Below, one piece after another: positions 50,470 to 64,000 of a stretch of 64,000 bases of DNA; the first letter of the stretch is position 1; the number at the start of each line of letters is the position of its first letter. Below the pieces are notes generated by a model. The model was not told the origin of the DNA and searched no databases. It saw only the letters and a program-made list of their open reading frames with translations. The stretch spans positions 11,844,001 through 11,908,000 of the forward strand of contig CM052817.1 in NCBI GenBank assembly GCA_028534125.1, written 5' to 3'. The DNA is from Lama glama (Eukaryota). The translations under genes were made by a program, and so were the position numbers.

Positions 50470-50912
50470 TTTCTGTGATCTCCTCCCTGGCTTCAGTATG
50501 CTTTTGCTTCCAAAGGCTCACACCTGAAATCTTCCTTCAGAGGACACCTCAGGCCACTGAGCTGCTTTGCCCACAGACACAGAGAGACAGAAGTGCAGAG
50601 GGTTTACAGCTCCAGGGTGGCCCTTTGGTCAATGACTGATTCATGGATTCATGGTGGAGTATGAGAGCCTCGGCTTCCTTGCTCCAAGTAGGGACTGGAT
50701 CGGAAGATGTACCTTACACTCGAGAGCACTCCTTGGCGGGGTCAGTTTGAAGCTACCCTCCCAGGGACTTTGCCTGGCATCATACCTTTCCTTTCCTGGC
50801 TTCTTCCCTTTTCCTGTGCTCCATCCCCCACTCCCTGACAAATTCTCTTGGAAGCACCTCCATAATAAATCACTGGCCCAAAAATCCTTACTCAGGGTCT
50901 GCCTCTGTAAGA
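50470..50912 (+). mobile_element. ERVL solo LTR (LTR16-like)
   Basis: ggtcaatgactga…ggagtatgagagcctcggcttccttgc…ggaagcacctccataataaatcactgg…aatccttactcagggtctgcctctg is the LTR16 3' signature. Confidence 0.75.
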
Positions 50913-52779
50913 TTTATTCTGTTGGTCTGGAAAACAAGATTAGGACCGGTAAATAATAGTCAGAAGGAAGCAGACTTTGAATCAATGCAAGGGAGAAACT
51001 TTTTACAAATCGAATTTCTCAAATATGGTTTGTGCGAAACTTCCTAGGAATATTTAAATAGAGACTGGGCGAGTAATTATTGACACTGTGCTCTGTAGGA
51101 GTTCATGCACTAGGTATGAAGTTGCTTTTAAGTTTCCAGACTAGTGCCTTAACTCTGGAAGTTCATGGTATGCAAATGAGCTTTAAACTTTCACAGGTTA
51201 GCTGCCAAATCTGAACGGTATTTAATGTGGATTTTCACAATCTTTGTATATTATTCAAATTATTATAAGGCTCTCCCTCTATGTCAAGCTGGGAGTGTAG
51301 CTGAGTGGGCAGTACGGTTCAGTGGGAACAACTATTATAGGTGAAGGCATAACACCAGCTTGGTTCCACGTTAAAAATCTGTGAGATGTAAGAAGGGAAC
51401 CTCACCTTGCAAGACTATGAAAGGCTGATTAAAGTAGGAGACATGCTTTAAAAGAGGGCAGAGGGCTGACTGCTGACTTAGTGATTGGTGGCGGTACGTG
51501 ACAACAGAGAATGACACACAGTGACTATTCAGGCAGCACAGGAGACTAATGGACTAAGGCGATGATTGGGCTTCATTTTGCTGATTCGGTTAGTGGTGTT
51601 TTGAATCCTCTCATTTCTCTAGGATGACCACCAAATTCTGGTGTTTGAAATCTCACTGACCCAAAAAGATCAACAATTGTGTTTCAACCCCCTCCTCCTC
51701 AACCTGCAATGGTTCCCCTCTGCCTAGAGGCTAAAGCTTCCATTTTGTGGCTGGTCAGGCACAGACTCTCACACAGCCCTGGGCGTGGGTTTTCTGGTAT
51801 CAAAGACAGAATTTTGGTTTTGTGTGGATCGAGACAGCGAGGAAGAAGAGGTCTCACATTGAGCGTAGTTCAAATGTGACAAGGAGGTGTTACATTAGGA
51901 AAGGGCAGGGTGTAGGTCAGAGACTGCAGCAGGAAAGAGAAAAGCAAAAAAATCAAGAAAAACCAAGTTAAAAAAAAAAAACCCTACAGCTAAAATGTTG
52001 AAAGAGAACACAGCTGTTGCACTAGGGGAACTAATAGAGGTGGGCGTGAGATGTTTCACAAAGCAGAGTTGGAGAAAGTTCCGCCAAATGGCACCTTCCC
52101 AGAAGTACAGGGTGGCTGGGAACTTTGGTACCTCTGCTTTCTGGCCTCAATCAAACTGCATAATCTACACTTATTTCTAATCATTTTGTACTGCTCCAGC
52201 TTCTCTGCTGTACTCCAAATCATTTATTCATTGATTTTATTCGTGTAACTAACCCCATCTCAGCCAAACCAAATCCTACCCATCCCTAATGACCAAGCTT
52301 TGGGCTCTTCTCCACCATGGAGTTTTCCACAGTTTTTCCAGCCTACAGAACTCTTGATATCTGTTGACACCAAAGCACATTACTCATGCCAATTATTTGG
52401 TTCTTGTCACGAAATGCTTTCCAAGATTTTTCTCTTGCTTCTGTCTATGAGGCCTTGCATACTGAGCTTTTGTGTATTTATCTCTTGCATGATGTATTAA
52501 GTTGCCTAAGCCTTGACTTCCCAAATAAATCTTAGTCCAGATAGTCATCAACCATATGTGCAAGTTACATTCATTTAGGTTGTAAGATTTGCATGTGAGA
52601 AAATAAATGTTCTATGTTGAGGGTTTAGGAAAGATTGCTGAGGACCGTTGTGGGTTAGGACGCCTTGATGGAGGTGGGGGAGATGAACTCAGCAGTTGAA
52701 GGACGTAACCTTCACAGTCAGATCTTTCAGCATTAGTGTGCCGCCTCTGTAGAAGAAATATCCATAGTAACAGCAGAAA

Positions 52780-52970
52780 ATGGTAGTGTTCATTGAGTGC
52801 TGTGCTAAATGCTTTAACTTAAATTGTCTCATTTAATCTTTTGACAATAAATTAAAATTTGTGATAGGTATTATCATTTTCATTTTAAAGCTGAAGAAAT
52901 TGAGACTTAAAATGATAAATAATTTGTCCAAAGTCACATACCCTGTTAAGTAGGAGTGATCAGATTCCAA
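52780..52970 (-). mobile_element. MIR SINE
   Basis: tgtgctaaatgctttaac…tctcatttaatc…cattttaaagctgaagaaattgagactt…aatttgtccaaagtcaca. Confidence 0.8.
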
Positions 52971-55249
52971 AGTTATTTTAAGTATGCTGTACTTTGTTCC
53001 AATAACAATGGAATCCTGTTTGAGATTTGCATTTTCAAAGGAATATGAATATCGGTTTCTTGAGCTTTCCCTGCTCTATCAGGAACTGTAAGACTCTGAA
53101 GGAACAGCGATTATAGTTTATGATGTAACTGCTCGACTTTGTCTCCTATTCTCTCACATCTTGTTCAGGCACTCCGCATTCCTGCTGAACGTCCACGTGC
53201 GGGATGTTTCTTTGGAGTATCATTTACCACTTGTCCAAGGGCTTCTCTGATTACAAAGAGTGACTCGGAGTAGTGGAAAAGAATCCGGTGACAGGAATCT
53301 AGTCCTGCTCCTACCACCTGGAATTGTGGACAACTGAGGTTGGTGGTCAAGGTGAGTTTATCTGAACGATATAACTATGTAAAATCACATAGGACTATAT
53401 CAAAGGATACCTGTTGATAATTATTCATTAAAAGTTTGAGAAACATAAGCATTTATTACATTGTTCTGCATACTCCTCTAAATTTTTATTGTGTAAAATG
53501 ATGTGCATATTTAATTATGATATTTGTTATAGAGTCTACACTTGTACTTTACCAAGTTAAAAAAAAGCAAAAATAAAAACAAACAAAAAAACACCCTCTA
53601 ACTTTTTTCCCCTACCATCATGGCATAAAGGAGAGGATATTTTAACACTAATAAAATACAGAGAACATAATTTCAGAATTAAGATGACTCGTTTAGTTTC
53701 TGAAAGTCTCACTTTATTCTCTGTGTTTTCTGCTTCTTTTCCTTGATGTGGTGAGAACTTTGTCATAGGTCTATATGTCTACTCACTGGCATCTGGGACC
53801 CACTGAAGTGACCAATGCTAAGCTTACCTGCACTCTTCTCTTGTGTCTCTGAAACATATGGGCAAAACAAAGAAAATTTAACTTGAGCTCTTCAAGGAAA
53901 CTATCACTGTAATTTGACCTGAATTCTGTTTTGTGTTCACACAGAACGTAATTATTTATCCATTGACAAATAATTCAAGATTTCTGCCTCAGTTCTCCAC
54001 CTCCTCTCAAGTTCGGTGCATCAATCACAAATGAGGAAGTCTATGTGTAAATATGAGCAACACAACCAGATTGAGTAGAAGTAGGCAGTGAATCCATGCG
54101 CTCAGTGGCCCAGGGATTTGTTGAAGGAAGGATAACGTTAGGGTCAGCTCTGTTGGCCTCTCTCATGCCATAAAGTGTTTAGTTTATTAACTTTCTGCAA
54201 GGTTGCCTCTCTCCACTATAACCTCATCTTTCTGATTGTTCTGAAAAACAAACTGTGACCTGGAGTAGCAGGTTTTGCTCAGCTGGGGATGCTCTGTTGT
54301 GAACTTCTTCCCTCGCCATCCATCACAGCTTGGGCCTGGCAGTTACTAGGAGGCATGGCATGAAGCAGTGACTCCCTGTGATTCAATGAGAAAAGCGGGG
54401 CTTCGTAATGAACAAAGCAGGAGATCTGGTGGTGGCTCTGAGATCTGTGGAGATTTATTGTTGTGAGTTAGTGGTGTCAAGTTTGGTTCTGTTGCCATAG
54501 AGTTTGGCTACTTGGATTGTTTGTTTTAGCTTTTGTAAATGTGCCCAGATATGGGATGTGCGTTCGGTCAGCTGAAAGGAGGCTGAAGAAGCAGGGTGAA
54601 AGAGGAAACAATTACACTCTGGTTTGAGTCAGAATCCCCAAGGTATTTTTTATAAACTTGGGTGCATATAAATGTGCTTCTCGGCTTCCTTTTCAGAAAT
54701 GAATTTCTGCTTTCATCTCACGGTAATCAATATTTGCAGCCCTGATCCCTGCAATCAAACATGGAACTCAGATTAACAGTCAAAGTAACAATATTTAAAC
54801 AGGAAATTTGAACTTGATCTATGGATTACAGTCTTTACCCTTCAAACAAGACCAGGTTTATATAATCAGCCTTCATAATATTTTTTTGCCAGTGTCTGAC
54901 ATTTTCCCCCGGTTTTGGCCTTTTCATTTTCAATGTGATGTTCTGAGAAAAAATTATTACCCTGTAAGTGACATTTTTTCCCCATTTCTTCTCCTAAAAC
55001 TTGTAAAAAGATGGCTTTCTCTTCAGTTTTCTAACCAGAAACCCAATGGCTATATCTATGTGGATCTAGTGAAATAAGTGGGGCCTTCCTGCACCTCTGT
55101 GAGCCCTAACTTTTCCTAACTAATTGCCTGAAATCCTATGTGAAATGCTTCAAAATCCTGACTTCTCAGTTTTCCCAAAGAACAAATTTGAGCAAACCAG
55201 GAAGACCAAATTAAGTGCCCTGACATAGGTGGCTGGTGTAGGTCTTCAT

Positions 55250-55690
55250 TTATTTGTCCGTTCATGCATGCATTTATTCTTTCATTCCTGCTTTCATGTA
55301 TTTCATAATGCATACATTCATTTGTTCACTCAATATTCATTATGCAATGAATGAAAATTGAATAGCACTTACTTGCCAGGCACTAGGCAAAGGTGGTAAA
55401 GTGAGAGAATTAGAGATAAATAAGGCTGACCTTGAAGGAGCACACCGTGTAATTGGAGGAAAGACATAAGCCCACCGAGTAAAAGTGTGGTGAATGACAT
55501 GCCCTGACAGAGACAGGAATGAAGTGTTGCGAGCTCTGAAAAAGAAGTGGTTCACTTTGACTCGTGTGTTGGTGAAGACAGGTGGAAAAGGCTTCAAGGA
55601 AGGATGGACCTCCAGCTTGAAATTAAAGATGACTTTCTCTTGTCTGGGAGACAAACAAGTTGTGAGAAATTTCAGGTGACAGTAACAGAG
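55250..55690 (-). mobile_element. L2 3' end, antisense
   Basis: cattcatttgttcactca…gcacttacttgccaggcactagg…gaccttgaaggagcacacc…gaaaaggcttcaaggaagga. Confidence 0.7.
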
Positions 55691-56600
55691 GGGCAAAGGC
55701 TATGGTTTCTAATAAAAACTGACTGGATTTAGAAATTTTACAAGTTGAGGTTCACTCATGTTCCTTTTAGTTTTTATTTAAATGATGCCAAATAACTGGC
55801 TACACTGAATATTTCAGTGATCCCCTGATTACCTTGGCACATAGAGCCATGGGGAGCTAAGTGATCTACTTCTATCTATTTTTCAAATCTTAGATTCCCA
55901 GTGAAACTGAAAATATCCAAGTTTTCCGACTTATAGGCTCCATATGCTACTTAGCATTCTCATTGTTTTGCAGGTTAATAATAGACACTGAAAGTTTTGG
56001 CTTGCAATAGATCGAAATACATACCAAAAGTTAGCTTTAACATAATGTGTTTCTTTAAACGCTTAATATTTGCATTGCTTCACAAATCAATGAAATACTG
56101 ATGTTCCTAACACCATATCCCAGATGATCTCCTTATTGCCCATCCAGAACTGCTTCCTAGACATCTCCCCTGAAATGTGCCATAGAAACCACGAGTTTTC
56201 AAAGCTAAACAGTGCATCTTCTCTTTTCTATCTTAAAAGTCACCGCTGGTAATGCATGGCAGAAACACCAGAGTTACTCTGATGTAGCCTGTGTGGATCT
56301 TCATTTATTTATTTATTCATGCATGCATTTATTGTTTCATTCTTGCTCTCTTTTCTCCTTGGCCACTCCATGCTACCATGCACGTTGTGTCTTATCCAGT
56401 GTAATCACATGTAATGCTATGGTCCCTCTACCTCTAGTCTCAACCCACTCTAATTTACCTTTCATGTTGTACTCCAGATGCAAATTTGGTGATGTCATTG
56501 TCTTCATTGAAAGCCTGCAAGGGCTCACAGTTGTGTATAGTGGGACAGGTTAATGAGTATCCAGAAAAGGTAGCTCAATGAGGGAAAGAAGGAAGGAATG

Positions 56601-56643
56601 AGGAAGGAAGGAAGGAAGGAAGGAAGGAAGGAAGGAAGGAAGG
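56601..56643 (+). repeat. (GGAA)10 microsatellite at an L2 tail
   Basis: Perfect GGAA x10, preceded by L2-like sequence (56080-56600) and followed by gtgaatg. Confidence 0.95.
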
Positions 56644-59600
56644 TGAATGTATGTGAGAAGGGGGACACTTTTGTACCATGATAAAATGAGTTAGGAAGTA
56701 TTAGGTTGAACTATGTTAAATGTTAAACAGATTTTTTTTCCTCTGAGATTTGTCTGAGTCCTTAACATGTAGTACACTTTGAATCTCAAAAATTGGGAAT
56801 CATAGCACTCACAATTTCCCAAGCTTATTTGACCACAAACTTACATTTCTGAGGAACACTGATTAATATCTCGTGGGGCACTGGTGTTTTGGAGAAGCTC
56901 CTGCACCACAGTGATTCCTTGTTAAGATATTTAGGGCCCTTCTTATTTTGCCACAATCTCTGAATCTTTAAATATTAACATTTTGAATTGCTAGTCAACT
57001 TGCTAATCCCCCCAAACACTGTTTCTTTCTTTCTGGTCTCTTCATTTCTCTTCTGTTTCTCCCGGGAAATAGACCTAAAGTACCTCCTGTATGATTCCTC
57101 TGTGACACCCTCAAAAAGACTTCTCAGCTGCTTCTTTATTTGACCCATATGTTGTCTGTACTTCTATGAGAAAACATGAAATGGGAACCAATATTTTGTT
57201 TATGAGCAATCATTTATTGTTCATCTTGTGTCCCCTCAGACTATAAATGCAATGCTTCTGATATTTTAGTGTGAACAATTGCAAAATCTATGATCATCTT
57301 TTTCTGGATATTGCTCATTGACTTGAACACAGGAAGATGCCACTGGATTCCTCAGGGATACGAAGCTTGTATGTGAGGAATTTTTAAACTAAAGTATCTT
57401 CTAAACCAGCTTGTATTCTGTCCTGTGCATTTAACTTTAGTGTAGAAGTTCCTCTGGGAGAAAGAGGGGAATGTCTAGCTAACATTCACTAAGACCAGTT
57501 CCAGAAAAGATAAGTTTCTGTATGGTCCAAACATTTGTGACTTTTGGACTCTGATTTTGCACTGTGTACTCCAAAAATCAGAGCCAAACCTATTTTTATC
57601 TCTGTTGTTAAGGTATTCTGGAGATGGTTGAAATTGAAGATCTTTTAATGAAATAATATCAGAAGCATTACTGTTATTATTGACCCTGAAAGTTACTCTA
57701 TCCCAAATCTTTTATTCAAAGTTAAAAAATAGGTTTAAGTCATTAAAAAAATCTGCATCAAATTGTGCTATTTAATTATTTAATTCTCACTTCTGGGGAG
57801 CCTGATGATGGATCTAGGTCTTGCTAACTTTAATGAAGTCCAATCTCAAATCTCATCTCAAAAGGAATCAAGTGAATTTTCTGCTCCAGTCTTTGGCAGA
57901 GCTTCTCTGCCTCCATTTTCTCTTTTGTCAGATGAGTGTTATCAATAAACTGTAAAGAAGTTCCTAGAAAAATATTGTTATTAATTTAATGTACACTTAT
58001 TAGTCACTTAGATAATGGGAAAGTTTGGATACAGATTCAATTATCAAGTCCCCCCTCATTTTCAACAGCATCTGAATCAAGAATGGTCCATTAATTACCT
58101 ACATTGTCAGGGGAGTGACTTGGAATACTCTGGAACAAAAAGAGTATTCATTAGTGGAAAAAGAAAATGGAAGGAGCTTGAGTTCTTCATTTCTTGGTTC
58201 CACGCCAACTTTGAAAATGGTCTAGCTGCAACTCTTAGCAATGGATTCCTGTAATTGCAGAGGATTCAATAATGTGTTTAGAATGCCAGGATATGGGTTT
58301 CATTATCACCCACAAATGCAGCTTCTGGTTGGACTTCTGCTGCAGGGCACCCTTTTTTGTGCTAGGAAAATTTGTACATCTTGAACTTACTTTCTGACTT
58401 AATTTCTTCATAACTGGGCCCAAACCCAGGGCTAACAGGGAAGCAGAAACAGTTGTCTCCCTTCGGCCTATGCTGTGCAGCCATCTCCTTTGGGAACCCA
58501 GAGCCTCCCATGCAGCCACAGGCACTTACCTTGGCCTATGGTGATGGAGACTCTTTCCAATATGTGGTGCTTTCTGGAATGGTTTCTGGAATGCTGAAGT
58601 TCTTGAAATCATCCAGCTCATGCCATATGCTTTGATTTACAAAAATTCTTCAACAAGGTCCTTTATCCTACCAATCTTTGACTCATTCATCAAATAATTA
58701 TTGAGTGCTCCAATGTGTCAGAACACAGTGAGTACTGAGACATACCCCCGACTCTAAGATACTTAAAGTGTAGGAAACAGGCAAGTAAAAACCTTGGTAC
58801 GACAACTTCCGTTCTCTTTGGTACTGCCTAGCTGTGTCACCCAGTTTGTGAATGGGTAAACTGAGGAACAGGCAGCACTGTTAGCCAAGTACTAGTAAGT
58901 ACTAGAATTTAAAATATGGCGGCCTGGTTATAGCGCACAGGATCTTACTGAGTCATAAACTTATTCCAGTTAATGCAGTCATAGCATTGTTTTGAGGAAT
59001 AAATGAAATAACCCGTATAAAGTTGCATAGCACTTGTCATATCCTAAGTGCCCAAATAAATGTTAACTGACATTATTGTGATTTTAATTATTATCATCCT
59101 ATCACCTGATGCTGGAAGGGCATAGAGATTAAGAATACTCTGTGCCATCCAGACTGCAATCAATGCTAAGTTGAATACTAAAAATACGTGAGACATTCGT
59201 CAGGGTACGTAACTCCTTCACACTTCAGTTTCTTGGAAAACTGAGATTATAGAGGTAGCTGTCAGTAGAAAGTAACCTTCAAGGGAACAGTGATATTCTC
59301 TAACTCAGCTAATAGACCTCTGCCAGCCACAGACTAGGGACTTAAGAAATATTTGTTGAAAGAATGAATGAAAATCTTCTAGAATTATTCTAAAATCTAA
59401 ATAAGTTAATAAATATAAAGTATTCAGGAAAAATGCTTGCAATAATATAAGTATTTAATGTTAGCTTGATTTTATTCCTATTATTTCTATTACTGTTGTT
59501 ATTATTATCAAATGCCACTTCCCTCATGAAGCCCTCACTGATTATCTCTTTCTTCTCTGGACATTTAAATGTATTTTCTTGGACCCATCTTAAGACACAG

Positions 59601-61205
59601 CTTCTTTTTTGAGTTGTAATTCTTCACATATTTTACCTCCTCTAGGAGTCCAAAAACTCTGTGAGAAGAGATATTGCTCATACATCTTTGTGGCTAGCGT
59701 GCCGTGTTGGTGAGCTGCTGCTCTGACAGCTCAGCCTTTAGTTCTTGCTTAATTATGCTCCTCTATTTTTGTACTAAAGTTTTGTTTGTTTCTTAAGTCA
59801 TGTATGAGGTCAGTAGAGAGAAAAACAACCGAGTCAGATCTGTGACGTCATGGCTTTCCAGGGACAACATTAGACAATGACCAGCCATGTTCCTCTCTGC
59901 TCATATGGTGCCTTCCTCCTCCAGGTACTGCTCAGAGGTGTCTGATGGAGGAAGGAAGGGTTGAATGGGAGATGAAATATGCTTACTTTCCTTAATTTAT
60001 AATGACCTAGGATGGACACTGAAGTATTTCCTGAAAGGAGACACTATTTAAAGGGAGAATGCGAAAAATGACAAATTAACAGCTGTATGTATACACAGCT
60101 TTAGAGCTAAACACAGCATTTTTGGATGGTCTGCGCGTAGGTGAAGATGTGGAATGACACAGGAGAGGTTAAATCTAAGCGAGAGGTGTTCAGAGATGGG
60201 AGAGAGTTCATTCCCTTAGGGTGCAGGATGTGATTAGCATAAGACATTAAGAGTCTCCTGTTTAATGGATGCCATTTGAAAATGAGTATCTTAGTAAGTA
60301 ATTCCCAAAGGAATGCTTCTACCACATGTAGATGGTAGCAATGACTGTGTGGAGGACAGTTGCTCCAGAAAGTTACTCTATTAGTTTATCTACATTTTTT
60401 TATTCATCATCTCAACAAAGATAGATAAACAACATAGCAACAACTCCTCTTTGGGGAGTTTCAGAGAGTGATGATAGGGAGATGGTTGGGAGTAAGAGAC
60501 ATGTAGGAACATTTGAGTCCATGTAGGTTACACCAGTTACACCCCCTGTGTGAAGAAAGGCTAACCCATAACTGACACTATTATTTTACTGGCATCGTGA
60601 CTTCATATGCTTGAAAGTACCTCATACAAAAATGGTGCTCAATAAAGCTTGACTGAATAAAAGTGGCATGGGAGACTAAGGTTAATTATTGGATGTTCCA
60701 CATGAAATAATGATATTGGATGCTGTATGTTTGTTGGACTCACCAGACTAGATATGGATAATAATTCCTTACATTTGCTTTGTGCATTAAAGCTAGCAAC
60801 TCAATTTCCGAAATGTCATTTGCATTACCTCATTTAATGAATGATTTTATATTGACTTTAGTTCTCTACCAAAGCCTTCACTCTTCTAAAATAGGACATG
60901 CTGGCCCTTACTCCTGAAGTAGCATGATTGGACATAGAAATGTGTTTTGACAGAAAATGAGTTAACAGTGTGCACAGCGTTGCTATTCTCAGTTTTATAG
61001 TGTGTGCGCTACTCAGAGATGGTAGTCTCTGTTGGCTGAGTCGTGTGTCCTGGCTCAAGGATGCATTTTCCAAGGAGGGGGGTACTTTTTTTTGACGTGG
61101 GTACATCTGAGTTGCATCTGATCAATTACGGGGGATACTTTTTCTAATTTGTTTGCCTAACATGAGTTAGTATCAGCTTGGGGTACACATATGTAGACAT
61201 ATTGT

Positions 61206-61810
61206 TGTGGTAGCCAGCCTTCCAAAATGGCTCCAGATGATAGCCACCTACCAGTCACCACGACCTTGCACAGTATCCTCCCCTTGAGCTGGGCATGGCT
61301 TTAGATGGCAAAGCTGACTTGCTTTAAATGAATGAATATACCAAAGTGATGGGCTATCAGTTCCTAGATTCAAGTGCAAAGAGCTGTGACTTCTGTCTTG
61401 CTAGCACTCTCTCTCTCACTCTCTCTCTGGCTGGTACTACTTCTCCTGCTGTCTCACTTGCTCACTCTGGAGAAGCCAACTTCCATACGGAGAGGCCAAA
61501 TTGGCAGGAGACTGAAGGTGACCTCTGACCAACAACCAGTGAGGAACTGAGTCCATTAGTCTAATAGCCCCTGAGAACTAAACCTTGCCAACAACTATCA
61601 GGAGAGCTTGGAAGTGTGTATTCCTTCATTTGAGCCTTGAGATGAATGAGTACTGGCTGACACTTGATTCCAGTCTTTTGAGAGACTCTGAGCTGAATGA
61701 GCCAGCTAAGCCATGCCTGAATCTCTGACATTTGGCAACTCTAGGATGTGTGCTGTCGAGGCTGCTAAATTTTGGAGTCACATATTACGCAGCGGTGGAC
61801 AAGTAGCACA
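61206..61810 (+). mobile_element. MaLR solo LTR (MLT1E/F-like)
   Basis: tgtggtagccagccttccaaaatggctcc…ccagtgaggaactgag…gccaacaact…gagcttggaag…ccagctaagccatgcctgaatctctgac…gctaaattttggag…aagtagcaca. Confidence 0.88.
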
Positions 61811-62954
61811 CATTACAGAGTGGCTCTTTGACTTCTCACCTATTCTTTCCTTCTCAAATGTTGCTTAGGTTGTAGACTCATCCCTGTGTATCAGTCTTTA
61901 TGTCCAGGGATTTTAGGGTACTCTGACTAGCAGTGTGTGTTGCATGCCCACCTTTATCCATACAATGACAGGGAAACAGGATTTAGAGAATCACATGGAG
62001 TTGGGGAAAAGGATTTCCCAAAGAGAGAGGCAGCCAGACAGAGAGTAACAGGTGACCATACAAGAGGCAGGGTTGGCAAGTAGTGCATTCTCGGGATTTC
62101 ATACAAAGACTGTCACACTTGGCTTGCCCACCCATAGAATTCCTGAGCAACTACCTAGAAGGTCTGTTGACACAGGATCTCTTTCAGGGATGAAACAATT
62201 AAGATGTCTCTCTGCTCAAGTAAATGATAGTTAACTTAAGGGCAAATGTAGACTCTGGGTCCAACACAGAAATGTATGTGTATATGCTTTCATGACTAAG
62301 CACCTTGAATAGCAACAGGAGAAAGAGATACTAGTCAGAACATCCCTTTGAGGACTGACATTAAAGAGCACAATCAGTTCTTCCATTCTTCTTGACAAGT
62401 CCTTTAGAAAGTGCCACTGTTGATAGATGGACCCTGGGCTCCATAGACTGACTCAGGGCAACATATGTCCCAAGTCATCATTCCCACACTGTAGATACCA
62501 AAATATTTTACCGTAAGAATCACACACACAGAAGCTAGACTGATTAAAATCCAGACTGAAATTCATGTAAACCGGGTCAGATGGCAGTTCTTGGTGTTAC
62601 TTTGGTGAGCTCAGTTGGAAAATGGTTCAAGTCAGTAAAAAACGTTGAATTAAACTGAATTGAACATCTGATTGATTAAGAGCTTACCCCATGGAGAGGA
62701 AAGACCACAGGATTTGGGTCAGCAGTCCAGGCTTTATGAGCATTAAGTAATTAAGCGGTCGGGGGTAGGCACTACAATCTGATGTGGTTGGGCATTCACT
62801 CAGTAAAATGATACTTGCAGCACTCAAAAATAACAGCCCTGAAGGAAACCTTGTGAATTTTTATAATAACAAAGAAGAGATGTATGATTTCTAAAAGTAA
62901 TTTTATGCAATACCATTCTTAGAAAGATATACACAGTCATTAGGAGCAGAAGTT

Positions 62955-63345
62955 TTCTGGACAAAGGTCTCATTCAAACCTGGCTTCACCTCTTACTAAC
63001 TATGTGGCTTTGGGCAAGTTAATTAACTCTTTGCCTCAGTTTCCTCATTTGTCAAGTAAGTATATATACTAATAGTACCTAACTCATGAGGTTGCAATAT
63101 GGATTATAACAGCTACAGGGATATAAAATGGAGAAGCGGATTAATTTAGTGATTGTGTCCATGAACTCGGGAGCCAGATAACCAAGATTTGAAGGTCAGC
63201 CCCACTACGTCCTAGATGTTTGCTAGTAAGATAACCTTGCATATTGTTAAATCTCTCTGTGCTTCAGTTTCCCACCTATTAAGTGAGATGATAATAATTG
63301 TACCTATGAAGTTAGGTGGTAGTGAGAATTGACTTGTTCATTTAA
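62955..63345 (+). mobile_element. Two tandem MIR SINEs
   Basis: tgtggctttgggcaagttaattaactctttgcctcagtttcctcattt (63000-63050) and aatctctctgtgcttcagtttcccacctattaagtgagatgataata (63250-63300). Confidence 0.8.
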
Positions 63346-63479
63346 AGAAAAATACGGATTGGGCTTCGATTTGAATCCAGCCACCATTGTAGGTGTTATC
63401 AATATGCCAAAAAAATAAAAAAGTCATTGCCTTTATCTTTACCTTCTAGTAGAATGAGAGAGAAAACAAATAAACATTC

Positions 63480-63990
63480 TAAGAAGGAAAAGGAGATTAG
63501 GGCTATCAGCCCTGGAGAATAGGAGTGGGGGATGCCAGAGAAGGGAGGAGAATTGGGAGTTCCAAGAAGAGGGTTGGCATCTACTGTAGCTGCAGTAAAT
63601 AGGGTGTAAAGAGTTGGCCTCATTAACATGGGATACATGAGCAAAGACTTGAAAGACATGAAGGGGTTATCTATGCAGATACCACCCAAGCAAAAGGCCC
63701 AGACAGACTGAAGCACTGAGCTGGGAGCATGCCTGGAAAACCTGCAGGATAGCAAGAATCCAATGTGGCTGAAGCAGAGTAGCATCGGAGGAGAGAAGTA
63801 GCAAGTGGGAGGAGGTGGCTAATGGGGGGTTCCTGATGTTGCAGAGCTTTGTGGGTGACTGCTAGGATCTGGGCTATCCCAGGATTCTAAGCAGAGAAGT
63901 GACATTATCTAATTTATGTTTTAAGAAGATCACTCTGGCTGTTGTGATGAGGACAGATGTAGAGAGACTAGCATAAAAGTGGGGAGGCTT
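63480..63990 (-). mobile_element. L2 fragment, antisense
   Basis: gagcaaagacttgaa…ctgggagcatgcctgg…gatagcaagaatccaatgtggctgaagcagag…taagcagagaagtgacattatct…aagatcactctggct. Confidence 0.85.
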
Positions 63991-64000
63991 GTGTTCCTCA

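Noticed and set aside
58530..58640. Minus-strand donor (AAG|GTAAGT) after a short open frame MSWMISRTSAFQKPF…
   Set aside because: No convincing upstream acceptor or promoter and no recognisable homology; such donors occur by chance.
1..64000. tRNA, rRNA, snRNA genes, CRISPR arrays, CpG island, prokaryotic-type systems
   Set aside because: None recognised by eye; the sequence is CpG-depleted eukaryotic repeat-rich DNA. tRNAscan and Infernal were not run.

Overview
AT-rich, CpG-poor mammalian non-coding DNA (intergenic or deep intronic) with a 500-N assembly gap at 40736-41235. I recognise no protein-coding gene, RNA gene or CRISPR-like array. The only ORF-track entries with real homology are decayed LINE-1 ORF1/ORF2 pieces. 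The window is a mosaic of eutherian interspersed repeats: old L1M, L2, many MIRs, MaLR/ERV1/ERVL solo LTRs, and MER3, MER44 and MER53 DNA transposons, plus younger L1 fragments. I see no Alu, B1/B2, Can-SINE, Bov-tA/BovB, PRE-1 or CHR-2 SINEs. That absence and the L1 3' ends (…gaaattgacacattgtaac…) suggest a camelid (inference). The most notable structure is a 3.14-kb composite retro-insertion (22603-25743) bounded by a perfect 15-bp TSD. It contains an L1 5'UTR and ORF1, two inverted ORF2 pieces, a nested direct-repeat-flanked sub-insertion and an apparently transduced old L1MC end. Its unusual 3' segment recurs at 26.6 kb and 46.4 kb. Two twin-priming-like L1 inversions, two well-formed non-coding + strand exon candidates and several motif-rich repeat-free blocks (RFX X-boxes, CRE, G4) are also reported. 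Repeat family names come from recalled consensus sequences and boundaries are approximate unless a TSD or TIR is given. I do not see a novel gene system here.
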